Shown: one piece after another, positions 1-13,040 of the stretch
Layout: every line of letters starts with the position of its first letter
How positions within the stretch are numbered: position 1 is the stretch's first letter
NCBI GenBank assembly: GCA_023231475.1
Contig: JALJEE010001255.1
Span: 1 to 52,693, forward strand
Length of the DNA: 52,693 nt
Direction: 5' to 3'
From: Seison nebaliae
Taxonomy: Eukaryota
Position numbers and translations under genes: made by a program
Notes under the pieces: model-generated
Databases searched by the model: none
The model's input: only the letters and a program-made list of their open reading frames with translations
Told to the model about the DNA's origin: nothing

Positions 1-354
1 ATGATGCTCGGTTGTCATAGGCCTTTCAATAGAGCATTTATGTTCACGATTTGCGAATTGACTCCTTTGCCATTACTCTTGGTGCAGAGGTATCTGAAAG
101 TAGTTGATTCTGTTCGCAGTTCAACTCTTCCAGTTCCACCGTATACACAATGTGAGAGCTTCTCGTCGCCTCTCCAGTTTTGTGCCACTATTACTCAATT
201 AATTATCCTCTTTCACTTCAGGATGCGCTATTGTTGGCGTCAAACTTCAACATTTCCTCCTATGTTCCTGATTCCCTCAAAAATTACATGGAAACAAGGA
301 GGAGTTTGTTCCTTTACCTCTTTTAAGGATTTGGTCTAATAATAAAAAAAAAAA
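1..354 (+). mobile_element. 3' end of a non-LTR retrotransposon (LINE ORF2 C-terminal region) with A-tail, frameshifted; cut by window edge
   Basis: Peptide MMLGCHRPFNRAFMFTICELTPLPLLL resembles the post-RT region of LINE ORF2; stop followed by AATAAA and an A-run (341-354); homologous to the inverted copy near 51507-51990; frameshift near 183 relative to that copy. Confidence 0.65.
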
Positions 355-787
355 TATATCGATGATGTGTTGAGTAATAATTATTAGTCATCAATAGAAA
401 ACAAATGGACTCATATTACTAGAACTATCGATAGAAAAATTAATTTAGTCAATCAGTTAAAATTATTTCAAATTTCGGATCGGAATTTTTTAACACAAAA
501 AAATTTTTAAAAATATTAAATTATATAAAATTATGAATATAATTAATTTTCTAATATTGCCTATTATATTAGCGAACTGATGTTATGATATATATCTATC
601 TATATATATATCATATATAAATGTTTGAAATGTCATAGAACATAAACCTTGCTAACTGCCTAACGACTATTTCTATTATAATTTTAATTAATGTTGGAAT
701 GTTAAGCAGTTAGAATATTGATCTGGCTTAGATTTAGAAAAGCAGAAACTGTTAAATATTTAAGATATCGAATATAAGTTTAGCCAG

Positions 788-801
788 GTTACCATAGCAA
801 C
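788..801 (+). promoter_or_regulatory. RFX-binding X-box GTTACCATAGCAAC
   Basis: Matches the 14-nt X-box consensus GTNRCC-AT-RGYAAC, about 60 nt upstream of the start codon of ciliary gene IFT122. Confidence 0.85.
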
Positions 802-860
802 GAAGCCATATACATTTTTTATGATCTCATAAGATAGTAGAGAAGTAAGAGAACTGCAGA

Positions 861-3800
861 ATGGTCGAAGTACGAGTACAGTGGATAGAAGATGCGAAGG
901 ATGAGGAAAATAATCGATTACCGTTAGAATTGATTAATTTATCTGGAAATCACTATGCTTAATATATACTAATTTTAGTGTCGTGGATTGTGATATTAAT
1001 CCTGAAAACACTCAACTGATTTGTGCCGCAGGAAAACATGTTTTAGTTTATACGATTATTAATGGAGTGATTGAGAAAACTTTGAAAGGACATTCAGATC
1101 GGATAAATTGTGTTGCTTACTGTAAAGATGGAACGAAGTTCGCTTCAGGTGGTCGAGACAGAACTGTCATCATTTGGAAAAAAGATTTAACTCCTCTCAT
1201 CAAATATTCTCATGCTGATTCTGTACAATGTATGTCTTTCAATCCGATAACTAATGTACTTTGTTCCTGTTCTCCAATCGATTTCAACTTATGGCGAGAA
1301 GGAGACGAAAGTATTCATAAAACAAAAATGAAAGATCGGATAACGGCTGTTGACTGGTCGTCGTGTGGGAAATATTTAGCGTTTGGTTACTTTTCCGGAT
1401 TACTCAGTTTACGAGAAGGTGACGGTGTAGAACGCTTCCGAGTAATTGTCAGTCAATCAGCTGATAAAAGAGAATCAAATCCCATTTGGTGTGTTTCATT
1501 TTGTCCCAAAAGGTTTTTATTCTTTTTCAATATTTTCTAATTTTTCCAATTCACACATAAGAGTTCCATTAGCTGCTTATTTAGGAGAAAATCCGGCGAA
1601 TTATGATCTCCCGTAACTTTTATATCTTTCTTCTCTTCTGTTCTTTCATTTCTTTTTTTTATCGATAATTGACTAACTTTATTTATTACATCTTATTTGT
1701 TTATTTATAATTCCCATCAGAATAACTTCGAAGTGAAAATTTTTAATTTATTTTTTTTTAATTTAATTTTTTTAAAGAACTACATTAATTTTCCCATGAT
1801 TTTTTTCATTCCAATTAAGAAATGAAGATATTCTGTTGGCTGTCGGTGTTTGGGATCGACGATTACTTTTTTATCGTGTTGATGGTAAACAAATAGGAAA
1901 AGATCGAATTTTGGATTATGATCCGTGTTTTGTTCGATGGTTCCCTGACTCAGAATTTCTTCTATGTGGGGGGTCAGGTCGTGTTTGTAATATTCATACA
2001 CGTGAAGGTGTCAAATTGGCGGAAGTGGCGAAGCTATCAGGATGGATTTGGAATTCAAGAGTTATAAAAATTAATGATGAACAATATCATGTAGTTAGTA
2101 ACTGAATTTTATTTGAATGATTTAATAATTTTGATTTCATATAAAGGTTGTTGTAAGTCAAGATGGTTCCATCAGTTTGGTGCATTTATTGATGACAGTT
2201 GTCCACAGTATTTATCGAGATCGTTACGCTTATCGAGAGATGTTGACGGAAGTGATTGTTCAACATTTATTGACAGATGAGAAAGTCAGAATAAAATGTC
2301 GTGATTTGGTGAAGAATGTAGCTGTTTATCAGAATAATTTAGCGATCGTGCTAAGTGCAAAAGTTGTGATTTATCGGTCAGAAGAAAAAAAAGCGGACAA
2401 CATGCAGTATAAATTATTGAATAAGATTCACAAAAAAATTGATTGTGTTGCCGTTTTTATTCTGTCCAGTTATCTGATTTTGTGCAAAGTTCCATTTTTC
2501 TTTAAATTTTCATCACTTATTGTGCATTGAAGGAGAGGAAAATCGAATCGATCGATTTCGATGGAAACAAAATTAATGAATGGACGTTAGATAGTAAAAC
2601 GACGTTTGTAAAAATCATCGGAGGTCCACCTGGAAGTGAAGGAATGTTGGTGGGACAACGAAATGGTCAAGTCACTCAAATATTTGTCGACAATTCGTTA
2701 CCGATGGATGTGGTGAAAATTAACAATTATATTCTTAGTCTCGATTTGAGTATGCAACGTAAGAAATTGGCGATTGTCGATAAAACGAATCGTTTATATG
2801 TGTATAATAAAGTGAAGAAGGAATTGTTGTATGAGGAACCGAAAGCGCGAAGCGTTGTATTTAATCAACGGTTCGAAGATCTGATTGCTTATTCATACGA
2901 GAATAAGATCAATGTGAAAATGTATAATCAAGAGCCTAGAGCGGAATTGTGTCGAGGAAATGTGGTCGGTTATATTGGCAGTTACATATATTGTCTTCAC
3001 AATTTCACCATCACCACAACGGAAATGGCGAATACTGAAGGAATATTTTTGAATTTGAATGATAAGAAATTTAAGTTAATTTTTCTTCAAATATTTTTTT
3101 CCAATTAATATTTTTTTAATATAATATTTGTTAAATTATTTTTCCAATTAATGTATAGTCAAGCATATGATATCGCTTGTATGGGTGCGTCGAAGAATGA
3201 TTGGAAGGAAGTGGGAATGCAAGCATTGAAAGGAAAAAATTATATGGTTGCTACTAAAGCTTTCCATCATACCGGCGACTACAAATTGATGTCATTAATA
3301 TCATCGATCAATGATCGTAAACGACGAGGTGAAACGGTGAACGACGTTTTTTTGGGCGATGCATTCGCTTATCAGAACGAATATGATGAAGCAGCAAAAA
3401 TATATCGACGTGCTAATCGTGACGACTTAGCGATGCAAATGTATTCCGATTTACGAATGTTCGATAAAGCCAAAGATTATATAACTGGTGGAGATCAGGA
3501 GAAACATGCTCTCCTCATGAAACAAGCAGAATGGGCATTAAATAATGAAGAATATTTAGTGGCGGCTGATTTATATGTGGCAGCGAAAGAATGGAATCGT
3601 GCCATCGATATAGCAATCCAACAAAATCGCATCGAACTTATTATGGAAATTGTTTCTAAACTTGACAAAGCTGAGACAACGGCACTTTATAAATGTGCCG
3701 AATATTTGCGATTGAATAATGAGAATATTTATGCTGCTGAAGTTTATATCAAATTGGATGATATCGAACAATTGGTTCTTTTAAGAATTGAAGGAAAACA

Positions 3801-5803
3801 ATGGAATGAAGCATTCGCTATCGCCGAACAAAATCCCGAATATAAATCACTTGTTCTTTTTAATTATGGGAAATTTCTAGCTGAACAAGGAAAGTTTGAA
3901 GAAGCTCAAGACGCTTTCCAAGAAGCCGGACGTCGTATTGAAGCGATTAAAGTTCTGACATCATTGATCGATAACGCAGTGGCGGAATTTAGATTCTCTG
4001 ACGCATCTTACCATTATTGGGTACTCTCCACCGAATATACGGACATTGCCCGAGAAAAATTTTTGAAAGGAAAACGAAAAACTGAAGAATTAGTTTTACA
4101 CGAAACCATGACGCATGGAAATCATGGTGGCGATGCATCTCGAACACGATTCAATCGAATGTTAATGTTTCAACCCGATACCGATTATATGAATATGGAT
4201 GATGGTTTTCTTCGAATTTTTGCTATATCAATCAATTCCATTTTACGTAGAGAATAGTGACCATGAAAAATTTAAAATGAACGATTTATTAAGTGAATTT
4301 CGACGTTGTCAACATTATGCAAATATGTATTATGCATATCAACATATTCATGATTATTTGGTTTATTATTTTTAAATTAATGAAAGAAAATAAGAACATG
4401 AAATTCATTAGGAAGGACATAATCCAGCATTGGATGTTCCAACTTTATTTAATGCAGGACGGTTTATATTCCATTCTCTCCTTCTTCAAGATGATACGCC
4501 CATGGGAATTTCACGATTGTTATTTTAAAATTTATTATATACTTGTGTCATATTTTAATTTAATTAATTCACCAATTTCTAGTAAAGTTCTTTATGTATT
4601 AAGTATTGTTGCTGATACGTTGGAAGTGAATAAATTCGGTAAATTTGTTTGCGATGAAATGAAGAATTGTGTCGTCCCAAGAAATCGTCAGATGGACGTT
4701 TCAAACTATATACTCTCCAATACCACGAAACAATTTAATGACCCCGAAGTTTTGAATTGTTTTTTGAATTAAAATTAACATGTTGGAAATTTGCAGGAAT
4801 TGGAACCATTTTGTTACCGTTGTTCTCAAAATAATCCTCTTTTCAACAAAAATTCTAACCGATGTTCCAATTGTCAACAACCGTTCATTCTCTCAATTGC
4901 GTCATTCAGTTAAATTATTTTTCTTTTTAAAAATTTTAAATTTTCTTTTTAAAAATTTTAAATTTTCCTTATAGAAAATTTACCTGTGGTTGAATTTTAT
5001 TTAGAGAAGAGTCTTGACGATCGAGAAGCAAAAAAACTTGCTACCAAAGTACCAGGATCTGTCTTGTCGGAAACAAAGTTGAAAGTGAAGAAAAATATTA
5101 TCGGTGATGGAAATCAATCGAATGATTCGTTCATAAAAAATATGAAAACAAAAAAAGTTATAAATTCTCTACAACAATTTCGTCAGACGAAAAAATATTG
5201 TTTAGGGCAAAATTGAAGTGAATGAAGAGATTTTACAAGAATCTGAACCAGAGACCATTTTTATAAGTGATTGGAAGAAACCAGGTAAATGGCAATGGTA
5301 CAAATTAATAAAGCCAAGCGAACTAGTTACGATGTGTCCGTCGTGCTATAGAGTTAGTCGTTCTAAATAACAATATTCTCTTTTCATCAATACATTATTA
5401 GTTCTTCGATTCGAGCGAATGGGAAACGTTGTATATTAAAAATGATCGATGTCCCTTCTGCAGAAGAAATGCAAAAAATATCGGAAAGAAAGGAACACTT
5501 TCTAAAGACAAATTTGTTAGACATTTCGCTGCAGAACTCAACCAGAATGACATGGGAATAATAAGTTAAATATTTTATTCATTTAATTCTGTTTTTCAAT
5601 CTATCTTGTCAGATGTCCATCCGACAGTGGAACATATTGATGGAGATCGGGAAACTGTATATGGAGAACCTGAACTATCCCAATCAGTTCCTATGGCACA
5701 GCGAAAGAGTGAAGGAATGAATGGAGTAGGAAAAGTGGATAAAGAAAACGTGCCGGAACCTATAGAAACAGAAAATCCATCTGATGAAATAATTGAACAA
5801 TGA
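861..5803 (+). CDS. IFT122: Intraflagellar transport protein 122 (IFT-A core), about 15 exons
   Basis: N-terminal WD40 repeats ([27 protein letters not shown]), [19 protein letters not shown] motif, TPR-like helical region, C-terminal CYRC and CPFC motifs. Frame joins at introns starting 923, 1513, 1613, 2094, 2489, 3075, 4205, 4361, 4519, 4749, 4909, 5157, 5353, 5565; ATG 861, TGA ending 5803. Confidence 0.95.
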
Positions 5804-6298
5804 ATAATTAATTTTTGTTAAGAACAAAAGAAATTTCCTTTTAAATACGATGTCAATAAAATTAAACTAATTCTAATATGAAAATTTCTTAATAATTTTG
5901 GCAATCCTTATTTATTGACGGATTTTTCCGATAGATCGACAAGTTATTGATCATATTTTTCGTAGTCATTTACAACGAAATTTCCATACAAAAATGAATT
6001 TCTTTGATATTAGCATTGATGTTTACTTCTCCCGAATTAACTGTTTCTCATTATTGCTAATGCTTATTAATTTAAAATACTCTCTACCGGTCAATTTTCT
6101 CAATTGTATTATGAAAGATATATGAGTGCTTGAGAAATTTTCCAACAGTATTTAATTAATTTTACGGTTTGCTTAGTCAAAATTGACGCAATATAGTGCG
6201 GTCGAAGTTGAAGCAGATGAAGATCGGAACGATTTATTGGTACAAATTTTCATCCAAAATTTGCCTTAAACATTTAAGCTATTATTAACCTTTTCTTA

Positions 6299-6751
6299 TT
6301 AACCCTTTACAGCCGAATAGTTTTGTGCATCGAATAAATAACAATTCTTTCCTGCATTAACCGGACAGGTTGTAACGCTATATAAAATTTTTGTAGAGGA
6401 CAGTTTTACTCAGTGTTAGTTTTCAGTGGTTTTTAAATATAAGACATAATATGTCTGTCATTTTATACAGGTGATAGGTTCTCAATCTCAAAAGGTTGAT
6501 CCTACAATCCCTTCCTGTAAGGACATTTTTGTCTTCTCATATATTTTTATAGATTAAATTGAGAAAATTTTTCCTCTAAAATTGTAAATTCTTAAATTCA
6601 CAATCGGTGAGTCGAAATCGAGTACTCCCCATCGACTAACATAGTTAATATCCACCGAGCTTGTGAACAGTACTCTAACACATTAAAATTTTTCTGTGTA
6701 TGCTATTCACCGATTGACAAGGATGTCTTTTTCAGGCAATAAAAGGGTAAA
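6299..6751. mobile_element. Degenerate piggyBac-like non-autonomous element
   Basis: Left end TTAA-CCCTTTACAGCCGAA and right end TTCAGGCAATAAAAGGG-TAAA form an imperfect terminal inverted repeat with one intact TTAA; no ORF inside. Confidence 0.35.
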
Positions 6752-7500
6752 ACTACTATAGTTTTAATTTATTTTTAATGTATGTTAAATGTTAATTATA
6801 TTTTCTAAAAGTTAAATTAAATTTATTTCCTTCGTTTTCACAAACTGGGGAGGTTTATTTGAAATGGGTGAAATGTTTTAGAAGCAAACCTCTTAAGTTT
6901 AAAAAGCTTGTTTAAGTAAACTATTAATAAAACCGATTTCTTTATATTGTAGACTAGCGGAATATGTTACATAGTAAAAATCTAAAGATTATTTTCTGGA
7001 TGTTTAAATAACGCTCATAAATTTCATCTTACACTGTATAGCAAATTTTTTTCTTTATCAACATCAGGAATAAAAAAATTTTGTGATTTTATATTGAAAG
7101 AATTAAGACAACTTATCTTCCTCGTGTAAAATACGACTTATTTGTCAAAGATAAATTTCAGTGAATTAGTTAATTCACACATTTATCAAAGATTTTTTCT
7201 ACATTTTCTTTCTTGTGAAACGTTGTAATGAATGGAGTGAAACTTCAACGAATATCATTCATTTAATTGTGTCAATTTTCAATTATATTCTGAAATATTT
7301 GCGAGGTAACTTTAAATTAATAACGTTTGCGGTAACTTATGTTCTTTTTTCCAAATTACTGTGTGAGTATTTGATTTTTCGATATAATGCTAAATATCAA
7401 ATCGGTTGACCGATTGACCGCTAAATATAATCATATACTAAATATGTTACTATATTAATATTATATATTCATAATATATATGGAATAAAATAATTTTCAT

Positions 7501-7573
7501 GCCCGCTTAGCTCAGTCGGTAGAGCGTGGGACTTTTAATCCTAAGGTCCAGGGTTCGAGCCCCTGGGTGGGCG
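7501..7573 (+). tRNA. tRNA-Lys, anticodon UUU
   Basis: 73-nt cloverleaf: acceptor GCCCGCT/GGTGGGC, D arm GCTC..GAGC, anticodon loop CTTTTAA (TTT at 7534-7536), T arm CAGGG-TTCGAGC-CCCTG. Confidence 0.97.
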
Positions 7574-7580
7574 GTATTAA

Positions 7581-7586
7581 TTTTTT
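7581..7586 (+). terminator. RNA polymerase III terminator (T6)
   Basis: Six T residues 7 nt downstream of the tRNA gene. Confidence 0.75.
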
Positions 7587-7828
7587 GTTTCAAATTTTTA
7601 TTGAAACAAATTTATAATTTTCCTTACAAATAATTAAACACGAATCATAACATTTATAATAGTTTAAATTTAAGCTATTAGAAATTTTCAATTACTTCCA
7701 TGAAATTCGGAAGAAAAAGTATTCATTCTTTAATTTCAGGACTTCTACAGAGAATTAATTTACTAAATTTAGAAATGGTTCTGATAAAATTTGGAACATA
7801 ATTCGTAAAAATAGAACGTTATTACAAT

Positions 7829-8813
7829 TTATAATTCCATTAGCCATTTGTTCAATTGAAAACCTGTCAAGACTATATGAGTTGCATAACTCATATCATT
7901 TCCTTCAAGGACAATTATATGGGGAAATTAAAATCATTATGCTAACTCATTACGTAACTATTCGTTTGATAAGTGATTACAGGATTTGATTTGCCGTAAC
8001 ATGGGATAAATATATCATATTCCGAACAACCAATATATGTCGCAAAAGGATAAAATACACCGAACAATGTTTCTGATATGAAAACTGCTTCAAGTTTTGT
8101 AGACGAGAAAATTCTATGTGCAGTAAGTGGACTGGACTTAATTGCTCCAATGACATTATCTTGGACGGGATCAAATATTTTAATGTCTTCTATCCTGTCC
8201 TTAGAAAACCAATTGAAAGTGTTTGGCGATCCAACATTTTTGAATATAATTTCCATGACAACTTTATTCCCATCATAAATCTGTAATGAAATCTTTAAAC
8301 AAATCAATTAGAATGAAATGATATATTTATTTAAATTCAAACTCTATCATATATGTTACTATTTAAAGAATTGTGGAAATAATGTGACATTGTTTTTGAG
8401 ATTGATGATAAATTCGGAGATGATTTATTTGTATATCCAGTTCCTTTGATGAAATATGAGTACCATTCTTTGTCATTACTTCCAATCATAATCGACACAA
8501 TTTGTTTCCTTTTGATAAGAGCAAATTTTGAAACACAATTTCCTATCATCATATCGGATGGACCTGTAACAACAGTTGAACAAGCAGGAGTTAATGCCTT
8601 TTCATTCTGTTTCATTTTACTTTCAATTGATTTAATTATTAATTTTTCTTCATTGTCACCTTCCGCCACATTAATATCATAAATTACATAATTAACTGGT
8701 TTTTCTATAAACTTCACATTGTTGGCAAAACGTATGATATTAGATTTTGGTTGGCGGCCATCCGTTAATTGAAAGATTAAAATTGTCAGAAAATAAAAGC
8801 AGAAAGGACACAT
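7829..8813 (-). CDS. Uncharacterised secreted protein, 3 exons
   Basis: Signal-peptide-like start MCPFCFYFLTILIFQLTDG; ORFs 8337-8852 and 7942-8307 join through a GTT..AAG intron; a second GTT..AAG intron adds a last exon ending ...NKWLMEL-stop. Confidence 0.7.
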
Positions 8814-9156
8814 CAGATTTAATTTAAAAAAATATTCCATAACAAACAGCACATAACTGACTCTTACTAGGTTTAGTTAGAGGTTCAAGATTTCCCTATA
8901 ATCAAATCCTGTAGTTGAAATTGTGAAACTTATTAATATTATTTCTCAATTTACTAGTTAAACATATTTTGAATGTTACCCATACAACTACTAAGAATTA
9001 CTACTTCATTTATGAATTAATTTCTATTACAAAAATTTTATTATAAATTTATTGAGCACCTAAAGTGGTTATATTATTATAAAAAAATTATTAATTTTGA
9101 GAGGTCCCATTCATTAGTAGTGCTGTGAATATGATCCGTGAGTCCAACGTGATAAA

Positions 9157-9270
9157 GACTCGAGTCCTCCATACATTTTGGAAAAAAAAATCCAAACATG
9201 ATAAGAGTCCTATACATACAAGGCTCGAGCCAAAGCATGAGTCTGGCTCATAGCTTGGCTCGAGTCCTCT
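9157..9270. repeat. Cluster of GRCTCGAGYC palindromes with a ~20-bp hairpin (9222-9266)
   Basis: GACTCGAGTC, GGCTCGAGCC and GGCTCGAGTC copies; arms GGCTCGAGCCAAAGCATGAG and CTCATAGCTTGGCTCGAGTC are near reverse complements. Confidence 0.6.
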
Positions 9271-9814
9271 CATGAATCGGAATCGATTCCTCTCTTTAGC
9301 ATAAATCTGATATAACGTGTCTAAGGTCGTATGTTCGTATTTATATTTATTTCTAAGTTCTGTTTTACAAGTTTAATTTAAAATGTATGAATCATTAGAT
9401 GAATGAAATTATTATTATTTTAGTTCGTAATTATTATCAGATATTCGATTATATGAAATTAATTGTCTAATTGTCATACCAAGAAAACATACACTCTTTT
9501 CAACTAATATTTTCATATTGCTATTAATTAATCTAATATTAATTATATTGCTATTATATTTCTCTTGATTACAGACGATAAATCTTACTGATAGGTCAGA
9601 TCTGGCAAATTCAATTATTGTTCTACATTGTCTCGAATTATTCGAACAAACAATATATTTAAAAAAAACGACCAAAATTCCTCAATTTTTACCCGAAAAA
9701 ATAAGGGTTGAAATAATCAATGATTTTGATACTATTAGATTCACCCCAATAGAAATTAAGGCATTTTTCAAAGGTAACTTTTGTCAAATTTCCTTCAATT
9801 TTTCTATATTTTTA

Positions 9815-9964
9815 GAACTCATTAAGAGAATAAAATCCAGACACATGTAGTTTTTCTCTTTACGACATATAGGAATTTCTTAATGTAGGAATAAAAAGTA
9901 GAAATTTCCTGATATGACAAGATTTTACGACGATGTGTCTGGATTTTATTCCCTTAATGAGTTC
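9815..9964. mobile_element. 150-bp MITE-like element with 32-bp terminal inverted repeats
   Basis: GAACTCATTAAGAGAATAAAATCCAGACACAT versus the reverse complement of ATGTGTCTGGATTTTATTCCCTTAATGAGTTC: one mismatch in 32; weaker internal inverted repeat. Confidence 0.75.
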
Positions 9965-10108
9965 CTCTCCGAAATTGAAAAAAATGGGTGAGTTCAGCTC
10001 CGAAATTGAAAAAAATGGGTGAGTTCAGCTCCGAAATTTCAGTGAGTTCCGCGCCGAAAATAGAGAAGAGGGTGAACTGAAACGAGGGTGAGTTCCGCTC
10101 CGTAACCC
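9965..10108. repeat. Tandem repeat of a 31-bp unit plus degenerate GTGAGTTCMGCKCCG motifs
   Basis: CTCCGAAATTGAAAAAAATGGGTGAGTTCAG occurs twice exactly, followed by two more GTGAGTTCCGC motifs, ending CGTAACCC. Confidence 0.8.
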
Positions 10109-10433
10109 GAATAATTTAATGTTACATTTAGGAACCGCTAGTTACAAAAATAAAGATCTAATAAAAGTCTCATTTCTATAAATATTACTGTTGCGTGTTA
10201 ATTATGAAGGAAAGGGGAAAATATCTATTCTCTCTATAAACCAACGAAATAAACATTTTAGAGTTACATTTTTTCCTTGTCTTTTTTGGGTTACATTTCA
10301 GTTACTATTTGTTAAATTAAACAGTTGATTCAACGGAACAGTAACCTAATTTATAACGTTACAATTTATCAAATTTTATATGCTAGGGAATATAATCATA
10401 ATTTATATTTAGATCATTATTAAATTGAAAATG

Positions 10434-12410
10434 TTACAATTTCATTGAATCGTCGAAGGTTTGAGGCATTTCTTTGTTTAAAGTTTCCGGCAAAAGACCT
10501 ATCATGAGCGCCGCTACAATTGTGCTTATTCCGTAGATTATATTCACCTTCCATAATTGAGGTACCTTGTCCACAATTTGAGGTGAGAGTGCCGATCCGA
10601 TTAATGCGAAGGAACCGCCATATCCGAGAATTTGTCCACGGATTTTTGTGGGAAACAACTCGGAGGCGTGAATATAAATTACGATATATGTGATAGAAAT
10701 AAAAAATTTCTCAAATAGAATCATTACAAATATGGCAATTGAATAATCTCCGTCTGTCGATGAGAATTATAAATTAGATAAAATTCATTTCCAACTTATT
10801 GATCGTCCGTCCTCATACATTAGAATTGCAGTTAAAATGCAGAAAAGTGAAGTAAAAACCAATGACATATAAAATATCACTTTTCTTCCAAATCGATCAA
10901 GAGTGTAGTGGCAGAAGATCGTTGATGGAATTTCAACAGAGGCAGTGATTGCGAAATTGAAATATGGATTAATCTTCGATAATTTATCAGTGTGTAAACT
11001 AATTCCATAATAAACCAAAGCGACGACAGTCCTGAAAATGGACCAAGAAAATTTGTATAAATTTAGAAAATCTTAATAAATTCCCATACCATGTTATCAT
11101 GATGACAGCAATACGAAAAATAATCGTTCGATATCGATTGATATTCGTAAAAATATTTCTAATCGTTCGACGATCAATTATGAAATATGATCTCGTTGTT
11201 TCGATACTGAATGTCGATCCCTTTTTCCCGATAAGTGTCGAACTCTCAATTTTGCAATTCTCACAATGCAAAAGATCAGCAATGTTAATCTAATTGAATT
11301 CAAATGAATACGACTGAAGAAAATGGAAACATTTTTGGAATTTTTTCGGTTGTCGAATAATTGGAAAACTTTCAAAACTTCTTTTTCATCTTTCTTCATC
11401 AATAACCATCGAGGTGATTCCGGTATAAAACTAAGGAGGGAATGAGAGATGAAAATATTGAAAAGATAACAATGATAAGAAGAATAAGAGGAAAATTGGA
11501 ATAAATGCGATTGATAAAATGAATTCCCATTGAGAGTAAGTCAAATAGGAAGTTAAAGCCAAAAATAGTTCTCCAAATATAAATGTATATGCCATTAATA
11601 CTTCGATAAAATTCCGTTTGGTACCGCCAACAATTTCCACACCTAAATTATAAGAGATAAGGAAAAAATTGGAATTAAAATTAATTAACAATATGTCATC
11701 GGTGTCATCCAAAGTCCTTCAAGGAAAATTGACGAGAAAGTTCGACTGATCATATAGAAAAGATATTGACGTGATATGGAAAGACCAGCACAATAAGGTG
11801 CCGAGAACATGAGTATATTGAAGAGGATTAATCCCAATAAATTGAGTTGCAATGCCAATCGTCGTCCAAAATGATCGGACATTGTTCCGGTAATTATAGA
11901 TCCGAAAATTCCTCCAAGAAATAATGCGGTATCTGAATAAGATCTCCAATGAAGACGTTGAGAATCTTGGAAGAAGTTCCATTTCAAAAATAAATTATCT
12001 CGATAATATTTTGTCGAAATTGTCCAATTTGTACAATTAGCATCATCAGTTCCATTGAATTCTGGTATGGAACAAGAACGGTATGGTTCCGCCATGAGAA
12101 ATGTCGACGAGAATGTTTGATAAGCCACAAACAAGAGAATTGGAGATACAAAGAAATAAATTCTTTTCTGATATCCATTAAATTCGGCGTTGAGTATACT
12201 GAAAATTTTGTCAATTCCATTCAAATGATCATTCTCAGAATTGATGCTACTTTTCTTTAATATGATATCTTCCTCTTGAAAATCGTCTCTTCCATCATCC
12301 ATATCATGATGGCCTATGATAATTTCATTAGGACAATAATCATCATGTTCTTTATCGTTCTTATTATTTTCATTGTTATAATAAACTAAAGTCCGTTGGG
12401 AAATCGACAT
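10434..12410 (-). CDS. SLC22-like organic cation/anion transporter (MFS), 6 exons
   Basis: MFS motifs SDHFGRR, IPESPRWL, LDRFGRK, SELFPTKIRG, LPETLNKEMPQT; introns 11688-11643, 11470-11431, 11330-11290, 11089-11032, 10795-10754. Confidence 0.92.
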
Positions 12411-13040
12411 TAAATCATTGAAATTCAATAGAATTCTTATGTTAATGATTTCGATTAAAAATTATATTTCCATCAACGACATCAACATCATGTTGATGAT
12501 CATAATAAAAAAGGAGACAACATCGAACTATGTGTAAGTTTGTTGACATTTTATTTAGGGAAAATTTTTCTCAATTTTCCATTCGAATTCTTCACATACA
12601 AAATTTCAAATTTTATAAATCGTTGACATTTCTATATTCATCTCAAAATCATCCAATCTATTTCTGTGATGATATTAAATTAATCTTAAAAAAGTTAATT
12701 TCAATAAACTTCCTAACATAATTAACAATAAAAGTTCTTTGGAAAAATTGAAGAAATCATCAATGAAATTTTGTTTAAATATTTACCATAACTACCAGAA
12801 CAAATTAATCATGTGACGTTGAAACTCAAATTACTCTTTCCGTCCATTTTGTTGTATGTTGAAGAATGATGGTAAATAAGCGACGATGAGATGAGACGTA
12901 CAAAGTCTAAAATTTTTGTAAGAAAATTTCTCGGAACGAGATGAAACAAAATTGTATAATGAACAAAATTTCAATACAATAAATAAACGAATAACTACAC
13001 ATCATCATTGAGAGAGAGAAGAGAGAGATGATATTAAATA

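Noticed and set aside
9965..10108. Repeat-spacer look resembling a CRISPR array
   Set aside because: Eukaryotic context, adjacent identical units without unique equal-length spacers, no cas genes.
11032..11089. GTATGG donor as a U12-type intron
   Set aside because: Lacks the GTATCCTT donor and TCCTTAAC branch site; treated as a rare GTA major-class donor.
12782..12795. TTTACCATAACTAC as a second X-box upstream of TPC3
   Set aside because: Several mismatches at conserved positions of both half-sites.
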